Origin: Bugula neritina
Taxonomy: Eukaryota > Animalia > Bryozoa
Assembly: GCA_964035545.1 (NCBI GenBank)
Contig: OZ037768.1
Span: 9,952,741 to 10,016,740, forward strand
Reading direction: 5' to 3'
DNA: 64,000 bases
In this document: positions 13,501-27,300 of the stretch, piece by piece
Numbering within the stretch: the stretch's first letter is position 1
How the letters are laid out: each line of letters opens with the position of its first letter
The notes under the pieces: generated by a model
The model's input: only the letters and a program-made list of their open reading frames with translations
Databases searched by the model: none
What the model was told of the DNA's origin: nothing
Position numbers and translations under genes: made by a program

Positions 13501-14521
13501 AACGCTTGAAAAGTCAGCAGGCACTTGGCTACACTAACTGTTTTATTTTCTTTGCATTGAGGCTCCATTACTATTACTATTCAATTCAATAGTATTTTAT
13601 TTTAATGACAAACTCTAAGCTAAATTAAATTCACTGTCCGATCCGGTTTAAAAATAGCTTCAGTTGATGAAACTATACCTCAAATCAAAATAGAATCACT
13701 GAAATAATACAAAATGAATCAAACCACTAACATAGTTTTACTTATAAAAATTGAACATTTTCTGCATAAAAATGCCTTACTTGCTGTCTACTAAGTTTTG
13801 ATTCTTTGTTAACCATTGATGGAAATCGAAAACATGTATATTTTACAATGTGCTTCAATTGCATCTAGAGTCTAGACCATAACTACATTCACAGTCATAG
13901 CTTTATCCACATAAGCACGTATTAAAAGCACTTAATGTCAACTTCTCACCCTTAGCTGAAACGTACAACAATCAATTTCCACTTCCTTCTACTATATTAG
14001 CCACTTCCACGACTGTCAAGGAAGTCAACGCAAAGATATTAAGCTTGGGTAAAAAGTAATAACTATGCTGATGAAATGCTGAGACTAACCATTTCAGTTC
14101 GAAAAGCCATTTCTCTTTCCAGGTTTGATAAGTGAGAAAAATGCTTATCATCTTCAAACAGATTGAAAATATGTTGACGATGCATAATGGAGATCGAAAT
14201 CGCTAAAACAAAAAGATGTATACTTTAACTGTTTATATTCCATGACACAATAATTTGTCATAGCTTGCAAATGTAACTCAGCGTTAAACATTAAAATCTA
14301 AAAAAATAGGCTTACAGTGTCAAATAATTAGCACAATCCTTGCACTTACTGAGTATTACTACAGCACTCCACCAAAATACATTCTGTCTCATCTTGCTGT
14401 AGTCTTCACCAGAATCTTTCTTTTTTGGTTTTGGCAGAGGTGGGGAGGCTTTGGTCTCGACTTTCTTCTTTGCCACATCACCAGATTCCCCAGCTTTTCC
14501 ATTTCTTCTTTTAAGCGTCAT
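4532..14521 (-). CDS. DPY19L1: Protein C-mannosyltransferase, DPY19 family (DPY19L1-like), 17 coding exons, about 714 aa
   Basis: Exons: 14521-14350, 14202-14090 ([23 protein letters not shown]), 13114-12977 (GLYYSYFK...[12 protein letters not shown]), 11898-11778, 11615-11522 (GIGEPTYFY), 11211-11062 ([21 protein letters not shown]), 10682-10610 (FMLPWQ), 10087-9983 (FAQFALMTQ), 9734-9648 ([11 protein letters not shown]), 8978-8841, 7930-7757 ([25 protein letters not shown]), 7544-7443, 6764-6645 ([13 protein letters not shown]), 6347-6170, 5888-5789 ([29 protein letters not shown]), 5478-5350, 4682-4532 ([12 protein letters not shown]). All introns are GT-AG, phases are consistent, and the total is 2145 nt. 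Confidence 0.95.
6421..6600 (+). mobile_element. tRNA-derived SINE, 5'-truncated copy
   Basis: B-box-like GGTTCAAGCC followed by a body (GGTGATGGTAGGAAGAGCATTCAGTCATAATTGCTCCTGTGCC...GACTATAAACTTGCGTGAG) shared with the reverse-strand copy at 32613-32815. Confidence 0.75.
8424..8591. mobile_element. Approximately 170-bp MITE family, copy 1
   Basis: Imperfect TIR AGGTGCAGTAATGGAGAAATTGAGA / TCTCAATTTCTCCACTACTGCTCC. Homologous copies at 20438, 48748 and 50183. Confidence 0.8.
9194..9417. repeat. Near-perfect 224-bp palindrome (foldback) in a DPY19 intron
   Basis: Arms of about 110 bp, TAGATTAGAGTTAG...ATATGCT and AGCATAT...CTAACTCTAATCTA, around a loop of about 4 nt, with a long perfectly paired core. 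Confidence 0.9.
11929..12348. mobile_element. 420-bp foldback MITE with 4-bp TSD (TCAT) and a central GC-rich hairpin
   Basis: TCAT|GGGTCATTTTACTTAATTTAGTACACACT ... AGTGTGTACTAAATTAAGTAAAATGGCCC|TCAT. Arms pair over about 170 bp. The centre is CGGACCGTTACG-GTTTTTT-CGTAACGGTCCG. Confidence 0.85.
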
Positions 14522-15479
14522 TATGTCAATCGATTACACCTTATTGACCTTAAAAATATACAATATTTATTTAATATCATTATCATGCAATTATTAAACA
14601 ATGTCAGAAAAAGCATCAGGTTATGATTATTTATGCACTACAAGCTGAAGCAAAGATGCGTAAAACCATGTTTGCAGCATGGTTAAAGGCACAGTCCTTA
14701 GCCTGCTTAAAAACCCTTACCATCAGGGGGTTTCACAGAGAAAGAGAATTAAAAAATAGGAGTTAATATATTCAAAATACAGCAGAACAAATATAAGTTA
14801 AAGTTCCACCTAAATTTCAACTTGTATTTAACCAGTAACTGCTATAACAGTTATACTATAAGTATAAATATATTGAATTTAATGTAATAATTATAATAAA
14901 TATAATATTCAATTCCATAACAATTACATATAACATTAACTATAATAATAATAAACATAAGTATAATAAATGACGAAATTAAATATTTATATAATTATAA
15001 TAATATTATTATATTTACTTTTAAATTGACACTAATATTTTAAAAGTTTTAATAACAATTAGAATTAATAATTATTAAATATAATCATATATAATTATAA
15101 TTATTATTATAAATATATTCAGCATGAATACGAATATTCACTATTTATATTTAATTTCATATTAATATTACTAGAATTATTTATATCACCATTATCACCT
15201 TTATTATAAATCTAACTTAAATTAATTATATTCATAATAAATAATAAAATACAATCAGTATCATTCTGATTTATTATTTATATTAATATTAAATTTAATA
15301 ATTTGATTTCATCTATTAATTTCAAAAAATCTGAAGAAAAGATAAGGGTAACAAGAAACACTATTTTAATAAACCATCTCTATAATAAATAGCATAATAA
15401 TTATTAGTGTTATCATTAGCAGACTTAGAAACGACTTAGAAACGATTGAAATAACTAACAACTCTACAATCCAATAAAC

Positions 15480-15760
15480 TCACTGAAAGTGAATCAGAAT
15501 GGGTGTCCAGTTGGCATCTGCAAAAATGAAACTACATTTACCGAAAATGAAAATATAAAGTCTTTCAAAAACGTCGGTAGTTCATTTCTAAACACGAGTT
15601 TTTAGCGGCATAGAATTGAATACGGCAAAACTATCGCATGTTATTAAATTTGTGAAAAGATAACTTTCAACACTATTTTAGCGACCCAGGGAGAATCAAA
15701 AGAGAGTCATTCACATTCACATTGTGATTGTCACTGTGATTTTAAATAATATTAAATTTG
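15480..15760. promoter_or_regulatory. Candidate bidirectional promoter / 5'UTR exon region between the DPY19-like and ITPRID-like genes
   Basis: A locally CpG-richer patch beside an extremely AT-rich tract. A minus-strand donor-like CG|GTAAAT at about 15541 could pair with the orphan acceptor ttttaag at 14549-14550 upstream of the DPY19 ATG. Inference only. Confidence 0.35.
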
Positions 15761-18700
15761 GTATAGTCATACTCATAAGTCATAATGATAATTGCCATCG
15801 TGAAGTTGTAATCAATAAATTACAGTATGTTAATGAGTATGGCAATTGCAAGTTCAAGTTGTAATTAATCTAAAAGTAAATCTAGTTGATTACTGATTAG
15901 TAAATGTAATACTAATATTAATATTTTAACTTATTATTAGTACTAGCGAAACTAAGACTATTTACTTATTTTGATATTAATTTTTCCTTCTCTTTCCCCA
16001 TAATACATTGTAACTGGTACTTTGTAGTAATAGTTATCTTTTAGTTTTATAGTTGGAGTATAACTATAAGTATAAGTATGCAAATTTGTCTATACCACAC
16101 ATAATCATAATGATAATCATAATGATAATCATAATAATAAAGTACTTAGTATTTAGTTTTATCACTGAGTGATAGAGCTAAACATTTTTTATAATATCAT
16201 TATAGTTTTGATAATATTAATTGTTTATTAAATTTGATAAGTATCACTATTACTATTAGTATTAGTATTACAGTATGAGTATTAGCATTGATACAATTAC
16301 TAGTAGTAGTAGACGTAGTAATCTCATCAAATAAGTTATTAACCCTAACAATAAGACTAAGTGTAACATAGTAGAAGCAGTAAAATGTATTTGTAAACTA
16401 AAGTTGTAAAGAAAAGAAGATTTACCTTCCACTCGTAGCTTGTCAGAAGCCAGCATGAGCATAAGACCTAAGTATGAGTATCAAATTCAATATGACTTGT
16501 CACTAATATTATAAATATAATTAGTTGAATTTTAATTCTTAGTTGCAGTCAATTGTACATTTACTTTTAGTGTAATATGTGGTGATTTGTAAATTAAGAG
16601 TAGCTTGATTATTAAGGCAACTATGCTTAGTATCAGGCAGTAGTCTTGAATTAAAAGTGATTAAATCAATTGCACATACTCAAACTCATACTCACTTACT
16701 GCTTAGATTGGTTTTTGTTTAGATTCATCAAGTGAAATGATCATTGGAAGTTGAAGTATCAGATGCATATAATGCTAGCAGTTAGCATTAAAGAAATTTT
16801 TAAATCGACACAAATTATTAGCATAATCATATTTCTTTCGATAGCTTTAGAATTTAGATGATAGTCATTAACATAACAATAGACATCCTTACGATGCTAG
16901 TTTCAAGATCATGATGCTAATTATTATAATGGTAATCATTTTCGTAACTAATAGTCGCAAGGATAAATTTAAATATTGGGCCAAGTCTCTGGATTAGAAA
17001 GTTATCAAATTGCATAAATTCAATAGGGTATAATTTTGTAAGAGTAGTAGCACATTACTTTCTATAACAGGTGAACGTGCTAATCATTCAATATCATTAT
17101 CCAACCCAGTGTTCTTTAAAAAGCCTTTAACCCTAATCCTACAATCACAATTCATGCTGTAAAATAAAATCAATTTCTCTAGTCCGTCATAAATTTACAA
17201 TATAAGCATTGTATAAATTAATGTAATAAATGCAATTATCTTGGTTACTCATTAGATCAAATTGACTGCTAAGTAGAGTAGTATATAGAGTCTAAGTAAA
17301 TATATGATATGAATTTGTACATGTATAGACGCATGTATGTATATATGTATTTCTTTGACAATCATTTCAGCAATCAATGTCAAATATGTCCACACTATTT
17401 TGGAGTTGACTTTTTTCATAAGCCTAAAACTCTGCAACTGTTTGAAGAAAGTAATTGAAGGGAAGCAGTTTCAAGGCAGCTAAACATTTTTGGATCAATA
17501 GAATTTATTAATTTAATTACTGTGGCATTGCAAAATGTAACAAGAGCAGGTTCTTTATGTTAACATTTTAAAAATGTAGCTTTTATTATATACCAACTAA
17601 TTTACAGTACTATTTTGCTCAATAACAACATTTTTCAAGCTAATATTTTGCTATCAAATATTATTGAAATCACTCCTTTAGCAGTTGAAATTGCATTCCG
17701 TTCCAGATATTCTCTTCAATCATGCTTTGACTTTTATTTTGATAGTAATATATAATATATATATATCTAATCTCTCTAGTTAAATGTTTTTCCATTACTG
17801 TTACTTAAACAGCAGATACCATCAGTCTATTTTATGTTGCTATCTAAATCCTTTCAAATACTTGGGCAATAGTACAACTTAATGTTATAGAGGTAAATTG
17901 TAAGTTTTACATTTGTGGGTGAATTATTTTACATTGAAGCTGATGGAATATACCGTTATACAACATGAATATTCCATTTTGGACTAACATTTGACCCATC
18001 ACTATGATATTTTCGAGATTTAACAAGCTTTATTTTGAAAATGGTCGTAGGTCAATTTCAGAGTTAACAAGTTTAAATAAGAATGTTACCACAGTGAGGA
18101 TTAAAATAATTTTGTAAATATTTATCTGTTTAAGATGAAGTATTTTTAGCTACAAAAGTGGAAACTTTTAGTTTCATTTTTCACTTTTTTTTTCATTAAA
18201 CCACTCGCCTAAAATATATCCAATCAAATTATTGTATTAGTAAAATTATGATTTAGAGCTTGTTCAGAGTTTTAGTTTTGGCCTAAAATGAAATATATTT
18301 GTATCAAGCAACACTTGTTTTGAACAGACTCTTGAAAGAATTGTTATTTATTAAATAGGAACAGAAAGGGTTCTACTTACTATTGTGAATAGTCAATACA
18401 TAATATTGAAAGATTGTGAAATATTACTGGTAGATGTATGTAGCTGCAATTTTTTTTACAAGGTAATGGGCTCTAATTCAAGCTTGCACACTGATCAACT
18501 AGACAGTCATGTTCTCTCTCCACAAGTCAATATAGTTGACAAAGTTTATTTTTACAGTTCTAGATTTTGTTCAGAGTTGTTTATCTCTGTGGTGCATAAT
18601 GAGTAATGGCATTGAGGGTGTGGCATAAACAGTTTGAATTGAAGAATTATGCTGGTAATTTTGAAGACTGAATATCTTCCCACTTTTGCAGACTCACCAT

Positions 18701-20437
18701 CTCCACACTCAACGTTGTATTCTGGTTAAAATACATACTTACCAAATCAGGTTAAACTGGCAACAAACTTCAGTTTAAAAATATTTTTTTTATAGAAATT
18801 TGATGAAATTCATCATTTATAATTGCATCAATTTTATAAACTTTGCGACCATTTTCTGAAATTAAATACTGTAAGGATAGTTTTGGTTGGCTATAGTTGC
18901 TGACCTGGACATTTTTCAAAGTTTCTATGTTATAATACTTGCTGACGCTGGTATTCACGCTCATGTAGTATGTACTTTTTGTGGTGGGAGGCACATTTAG
19001 TTTGAGTGCTACTTATGTCCTCCCACTCTCCTATACTTTACGCTCAAAATATACTGTTAGTTGGCTGGCTCAAGTGATCTAACTAACTTCTCTGCAGCAC
19101 TGAGTCTAAATAATAAGCAGATATATCTCTTGTTTTACTATAAGATATGTAGAACTTCGCACTTTTTAATTTTATTTTAAATTAATTTCTTATGCAACTT
19201 CAAACCATACACATGCACCGCAATTCACATCCCAATTCTTCAATGTTTACCATTCAACCAGCCTTTAGGCTGAAAACTGTTTATAAAAACATTGAATTTT
19301 ATAGCATATAAACTTGCTGCCTCTTGACTCTGTAAACAAAACAAACTTATTGTGTGGGTTACCTGCCCATAAATAACTCAGGTACACTATCCTACTGTAA
19401 ACTATACGTCAGTATCATAACACGCTAAATATAGTAGATAGCATTTACATTAGCAACTGGAGCATGAAATTTTATAGCCTATGAGAATCAAATAACGTAT
19501 AATGTTTTTCTCCCTACATTCTCTTCAGTCTATATGGTGATGGCATATAATTGATATTGGCATATATGAGGCTAGACGTGTAATATGACATCACTTCAAA
19601 GGCTGTTCTAAACCTGCCTGGCTACATTTTTTGTTTTGCTTTGAACGTTATCTGGTGCACCTATCACTTGTTACAGAGAGCAATATGAACTAAGCTCAAG
19701 GAGTATCGAAGGATAATTAGCAAGGTGCAGTGCTAAAAACCTTGTATACAGACTCAGAATAGAAATATCATCATCACTATTCTGTTACAGGTAACACTAA
19801 CTGGTTATTCTTATTTTCAAAACAATAATATTAATTGTAAACAGTTTTTGTCTTGCTTGGCTATATGATTATAATCATCGTGCCATTGTAATGCAATCTG
19901 CAACAAACCCAGGCATTGCATTGAATGTCAGAGTGGCCCATTAATATTATAATTGTGTTGTTTATATATACTTAGGAACTAGGGCAGACTTGCTCCCATT
20001 AAACTACTTATCATGTGGAAGTAACCTTGTGTGTTGATTGTGCTTGTAATGATAACAGTTTCGAACTGGGAACTTGACAGTGTGTTTGCAACAACAACTG
20101 TCAGCCTAATCTTGTATTCATGTATCTAGTTGGTAGTCAGAGTGCATAGCTAAGGAGTGAGCCATGCTCTAGAGTGTAGAATACTGTCTATTGGTAGACT
20201 GACTTTCCGTCTCTACAGGGAATCTACTCCCAGGTAAGTATTTCCTCAAAGTGATCACATTTCTGTTTTTGACTTTATCTACTAGGCACTACCAGTAGCA
20301 TAGTCAAAATAAGTAAGTTTTTGTTCATAGTGTCACTAAGCTCAGTACATTCTACTAGATGCAGGATTGTTATCAAGACAACCAGATCATTGTTCCATCT
20401 CCATGTCTGACCGATCATCTAACCATGACTTAGTTTT

Positions 20438-20590
20438 CATTTAGGAGCAACAGTGAAGAAATTGAGATAGCCTAAGTTCTTTAAATTTCTTTATAAATTT
20501 TGGTTTGAGGCAAGGGGTTGAAATTCTTTTGCTACATTTCTAATATAGAACACAGGCTTTTCTCAATTTCTCCATTACTGCACCTACCTC
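20438..20590. mobile_element. Approximately 170-bp MITE family, copy 2 (inverted)
   Basis: Reverse-complement match to 8424-8591 with a small internal deletion. Confidence 0.8.
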
Positions 20591-21319
20591 TTAGTTTTAG
20601 GTTGTAGTTTATCTACTTCAGTTTCCAGACTTAATTTAAGCTTAATACATGAACAATGTAGGCATTAAGTTCACTTCTCTCAGCTTTCTAATTGTTTTTA
20701 TTTGCTGCTGACAAATGTAATCATGGTTCAAGCTATGTTATATTATAACTTAATTTTATTAGTTTGATTGTGTGGATAGCTGCCTCAAGAATTGAATGTA
20801 AAGCTGCAGTTAAGATGCCCCAAATGAATTTTTCTTACTTTTCTAATAGGGTCGAACTTTCAAACGTTACATGAAAATGGTTCAAAGTTTTTCTTGTTAA
20901 TGTAACTAGTTTAGCAAGTTGATAGAGTGAAATCTAATGAAGTTGGGTGTTACCAGGCAAATTGTAATTTGTGTGCATAATGAAGCTAACAAAAGTTATT
21001 AAGAAAAAACAATTAGTAGAATGGAATTGTAATTTTGAAAAAGGCTTTTCAATGTTTGGCAATTTTTTTTTGTTTCGGTTGGAGGTAGTACTTAATAGGT
21101 ATTAATGCTGTTTGAAACTTGACTTGTAAAACCTAACCACATTTCACCATGTTTTATTTCCAATGATGAATTGAGTTTTCAACATCTCTAGCTTGAGAAA
21201 GTAAAGATTGTATCACATAGCTATCTACTTTTTATGTGTTATCTGTTTACCTTGTAGCCTACAGATGGATGTAAATGTTATTTCGTAGCACAATCTAACT
21301 AGTCCACTGATGCATTACA

Positions 21320-24300
21320 ATGGCATTACAAGGTATGTTAATCCACATTGCACTCAATGCATGTACTTTACAGCAGAGCTCTGAGATTCTCTTTAATTCC
21401 TGAGGATTTTGTACATTTTTTTCACAATATCTTATGTTAATAGGATTCTTATATGGTCAAATATACTTTACTTAGTACCTTATGAGTTACTAATCTAGTT
21501 CTCTTTCTTCAAGTGTAGAGTTTATTTATATAGAAAGCTTCACACTCTATATAAATTCATGGTTTCATAGTTTTGTTTTAGTATTAGCTAATTTTTTATG
21601 TGTTGATCTAACTTTTGGTCAATTGCTGCTGTGAAATTCGCTCTCAGTTCGTATTAAAAAATATTTTTCAGTCATTATATTTACTGTAAAGATAAGGTTA
21701 TGAAGAGATGAACACTTTTTATTCATTTATGGAGTAATTAGCTTTACACTCTGCACTATGAATGCTGAACTCCATAAAACAGTGTGCTCTTCCTATCTTT
21801 CTCCTTGCCTCTTAGTAAACCAGGGTGCTGATAGAATTGCTCTATAAGCAGCTCCGAGTTGGGGGTGAAGAACTAGTTTAGTTTGGGGTTCTCAAGTTAG
21901 GTCCCCAACTTCAAACTCGAGAACCCGAACTAATCTAGTCCTTCACCCTCAACTCGGAGCTGTTTATAGATCAACTTGTGCTGATAATGTGTCGGTTCTT
22001 CACTGGTTGTAATCAGTTATGGTGTAGGTTAGCGGTCCCTGCTGGTCAACAGTGTAGCTTATCTTGAGTCTCAGAGTCACTCAATATATAACGTGGGTGT
22101 GTTCAATAAATTTTAGTAGACAAAAAACTCTCATATCAAACTGTAATCTTTGGTTTGCAGTTGCCAGTCAGCTTGTTTAGGTTAAAATTATAGGAACAGC
22201 AAATGTGAAGTTGTTTTCTCTATGAATACCTGTGTTTCAGAATCGTATTATATTATTTGGTTGGGCTGGTTCTAATTTCAACAACAAAAAGTATGGATTT
22301 TTGCTTTGGTTGCCACTCATGGCTGATTTTGGCATAAATGACTAGTTTCATGCAGGCCTATTCAGTTTGGTTGAATTTTATTCACAAGTTTGAGTGACAG
22401 GTTGGCATGGTTGTGCTTTTTAGTTCATCTTACTGACTAGTCCACTGTAATTGCATAATGACTGCAGATTTTGGACCAGCATTACATGGTGGTTACTAGA
22501 ATCAGTTAGTATTGTTATAACCAGTGTCTGTGAAGCTAGCTATCAGCTATTAGACAAACAGCAAAGGAAACTGCAGAATTTGCTCCCTGGCTGAGAAACT
22601 GTCATTTATATCAAGGTCATCCATCACGTACAAGTTTTCTTGCTATCACAATGTTATAAAAATATTCAAATACAGCTTAGATTTTAAGTAGCCTATAAGT
22701 AAAACTATTTAGCCTACAAAAGCTTCATCAGGCAAAACTGAGCCAAAAGTGAAGACTGTATAAATGCAAGTCATGGTAAGTACAGACATATCTAAGAAAT
22801 TGCTGTAGACTTTTGTTGTACCACGCGTTGTGCTGTTTAATACAGAGCAAAGACTTCGTTCTGCTGACTTTGTTCAATGCTGGGTCAACAGTATTCCATC
22901 TGGACGGGAGGAATCCAGTTGTCAGTTATCTCCTCCGTATAGTTACTCATCCACCAATTCAAAAAGCTGTAGCTCAGCTCCCACTACATGCAGGTTAGTA
23001 GCTAGTAAAGAATTAATTCTAAAAGAGGCAACAACTCTGCTATACAATAAAGTGTAAGAGTTAATCTATCTAGGTTGGAGAAGGTACAATTCTGGACTAA
23101 TTTAGACCCAAGCAAGCAGTATAATGAATTGTGGAAGTACTTACTTAGTAATAAGTTGATTGATATACTGTTTATTTCGCCCCTCACTCTCACTCTCTCA
23201 CACACACACTCTCTCTCCCTCTCCCCCTCTCTCTCGCCCCTCTCTCTCGCCCCTTTCTCCCCTCCCCCTCTCTCTCCCTCCCTCCCTCCCCCTCTCTCTC
23301 CATCCCTCCCTCCCCCTCTCTCCCTCCCTCTCGCCCCTCTCTCTCCCCTCCCTTCCTCCCCCCTCTCTCTCAATTAGATGTAGGTGCAGTAGTGAAGATG
23401 TGGAAACACAGATTCTCAATCAGTATTCATGTCAGCACCCATCAATGCATCTGACCTCTCACTGCTGACTCAATTTTGATACTTGTCTGGTCTGAGGCAC
23501 CTAAGCAAACAGTGCTATACTGTTGTTTTTAGATTTGTTTATATATCTCCATTTTATGATTCTGGAGTAGATTTACAGTAGTAAAAAGAATTTGAACTGC
23601 ATAGATAAGAAAAAACATGTTGCAATTATGATATAGCATACATAATAAAAAAGCTATTCAAAAAATGTTTGGTGCAGCTTATTCATAGTCGTTTAGATTT
23701 CAAAAACCTGCTATTGTTTGACATGATTATCAAGTTAAATGGATGATTTTTGTCACTGATAATTTTTGATAAGTCCGCTGATCCAGCATAGTTTAATAGT
23801 GATTTGATCCAGTATCATTAAGGCGTAGTTCGGTGGTTGGAAGGAGGGTATGTTTAGATTCAGATACATTTGTCTATGGAGATTGTAGATTTTGGCAGAG
23901 CAGTAATTTTAAATTTAAATTCATTCATGCTACATCTTTCATATATTTGTACATTTATAGTGGCTTCTGATCCTAAAATCAGCCATCAATTTGTTAACAG
24001 TTTGCTTGAATTTTGAAGACTCTTGATATGTGGAAATTGTGAAAACTAATGCCTCCTGGGCATGTCATTACAATGGAAATATCTATCAACTTTGTTTTCT
24101 AACTAAAGTCGCAATATGCTAATTCTATTAGGCAACTAACTCCATTACCATAATTTATTATGGTTGCACATCAGTTGAAATAAAAATATCCCCTGTGGGC
24201 GTGGGTGTAATGCTCTGCTAGTTCTACTGACAGATGGTAGTCCAAAAGAACTTGTTGTGGTTTAAACTGGCTCAAGTTTAGATATCAGCCAACAGTCAAC

Positions 24301-27300
24301 TTCCAGCTTCCATATTCTCACCTTCCACAATGCTGTATAATGTATGATTATAGTGTTATGACGACAATGGCTAGCAGTTTTTATGGTCAAAATAAGAGTT
24401 TAACGCAGTATAATAAATAATGTAGAATTATAAAACATTCAGTCAAGGAAATTGATGTTCATAAATTATCGTATTACTGCCACTACTGAAGATTATAACT
24501 CAGTTCTCCGTGTATCCTAGTTACAAGATTATAAAGTTACTTTGTACTTTCCAAGAGAAAAAAAATCTCTTTTCAGCATATAGATTTTATTTTATTGAGA
24601 TGTTGTAAAGCAGGTTTCTAATGCTTAGTACATAGTACCTACTCAGTGAAATGAGTTTTCTCTAAGGTCAAAGGTGAAATTTGTCACTGAAATGAAAGTG
24701 CTCCAGATATAACTGTTTCAGGGTTTTATTTTTGCTACTCAAACTCTGCTCTATAAAAAATTGTAGGTTATATTGACATAGTTCATAAGTGTATTAAATA
24801 ATTGACTTTGTTAAGAAAAGTTTGGGTTTTTAAACAAAATCAATTTTGCTTCATAAAACAACACAAATGTTTCTTTTTCAATTTGTTTTTATAATTTTTT
24901 CAATATTTTTAGTTGAGAAATATTTTTGTGTTTTCTCCTGTTTTAAGGCTCAAGTGCCTACCATAAAAAGTCGAGAAGTTATTCATTTTTGACTTTCTAA
25001 TGAGCATTAAATTATTACTAAAGCAGTGCTATGCATCAGTAAGCCAACACTGGGATTGAAAATGGCTGCATATGGAAACCACATTGGAAAGGGGGCATTA
25101 TTATATTCTCATTAACATTATTGATATACATCCTCTGTTTTAAACCTTCTTCACAAGTACATAGTAAATCCAGCAGCAGTGGTTACTATATCTACTCTAC
25201 TGTACTGTGTATCACGATGTGTATAGCACTGTGTTGGTTATGCTACAAAACAACTCTCTGTTTCAGTCAGTGAAATATAAAAATAATTTAAATTTCTGCA
25301 TAAATGTGTCTATTCATCATTTTAATGCTTACAGCTTGGAATTCCATCCTGAGTGGATGTTATGAATAAATGTTACTTCTTTATTAATTGAGTTACAGCT
25401 GCAGAAATGTAAGCTAATTGTTACTCTACATTGTTATATTCCTGGGTACTATTGGATACTGTAAAATACTGCATCCTAATAATATATTCATTATACCCAA
25501 AGTTTGGCAATTATTTCATGGCACTAAAGCTTAGACAGGTGCAATTAGTTATTATTTTATCAGACAACAGTGGTATTCTAATATTAGCTGCTTTGTCCGT
25601 AGTGGGTACTGGGTGTTTCAAGGATAAGCAGCAGCACTTTATGCAATTTATCGACCTTTTCATAGGTACATAAGGATAACGAAAATACTCATAATTTGAT
25701 ATGACCTTAGTGTATATAATTACTGTAAGTAGTAGTATGGAATATGGCCACTTGGAAAATAGATCTTTCCTAAAATCCATTCAGCTACTTGATCTGTCAT
25801 CAGTCATCATGTCATAAATGGCATGTTCAAACAATATACATAATTATATGCATCAACTGACTGTTGATAAATTATTTTAAATTTGTGATTTTATGTTAAA
25901 TTGACTTAGCTACTACTATTGGCTGTGCCATAAATACAACTGTCAAGTGCAGCCATTACTGCTAATTTTCACATTTTGTTTTTGTTTAAAAGTTGTCTCC
26001 TCTTTTGTGCATACATATTCATAGTAACGCGTCACAAAAACTGGTAAAATGTTATGTTCGTCTTGCTCTAAATGTAGATCAATAGATAGACCAATAGAAA
26101 TTACACCATTATATCTCTCAAGTTAACCTAGAGACATAGCCCAAGATAAACATCCAAGCGTGTTTTCAGTCCTAACTACAATGTTCAGGATGTTATCAAA
26201 CTGTAATCAGTGTTATTATCTGTGTGATGACCTTCTACTACGTAGTCTCATTCACCCTTGCCCTTCTGTTTGTTTTCCTTTGGCTGACACCATCCAGCAG
26301 CTTTCTATACAAGTGTACAAGTACAAGAGTACAAGCTTAACCTTATTGTTGATCCAACCATTGAGCTGTTGCAAGGGTCACAACCATCTTTAGCTTAAAG
26401 CAGTATTTCACCTTTTCATTTCACCTATGCAATAGTCTTTCCACCTGTCAACATTCTCAATCATGCTACAGTACAGCTAACTAATGTAGGCAACTGTTAG
26501 AAGTTTGTATACACTTCTCTAGCTTTAGAGTATATACGTTAGCATTGCATTGTGATGTTTATGTTGATTGTACATAATATGTGAGCAGTAAAAGCCATGT
26601 ATCTTTTATGGAAAGGCAACTCTGAAGCTGTCTCTATTTCCTCAATTACATGTGTTATTGGTACATATTTACATAACTATGTGTTGTCTTGTCAGATTCC
26701 TCAAGGGATGTTATGCTGAAGCATTGGAAAATTTTGCCATTATTTGGGACTGTCTCCTCATATATTAAGTGTTGTTTTTGCAGCTCTGACCAGGTGGCTG
26801 GGGGTAGCTGTGAAAGTGTTGGAGGTGTGTCTAGAGTTACTCACTCACCAAGTCGATCTCCTTCAGGTATCAACATTGTATTATGTATTATGTACTATTG
26901 TATTATGTGTTATTGTATTATGTATTATTGTATTATGGTCTTCTGCAGTATGTTTTATAGATCATGTATTTATATGACTGAAGCAATTCTATTCAGCTAA
27001 ATCAGGTCTTAGTGTTGGACAAGCTACTTATGCAGTCGAATGAATTTTAAGAAATGTTTGTTTCTTTAACCAGGTCAATATTGTGTGGAATGATAACTCC
27101 TACAGGTTATAATACTAGCACTAATGCCCCATTGTCTTCTTCACGTGATGAGTCTGTTGTTCTAATACTGATCAAACAAATGTTATTCAATCCGAAAGGA
27201 AGTATATTTACCGAGAATCTTACTAAACTGGATTTCATTATATCGCAGAGTCAACGATAATTAGACACCCTATTGCAAATTGCTTAATAATAAAATCCAA

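Noticed and set aside
604-14521. Enzyme-substrate cluster (DPY19 mannosylating the adjacent lectin)
   Set aside because: The lectin has no WxxW or WxxC sequon, and adjacency alone is not evidence.
23002-23468. Four overlapping ORFs rich in R/G/E or S/P/L
   Set aside because: Artefacts of the C/T low-complexity tract, which lacks stop codons.
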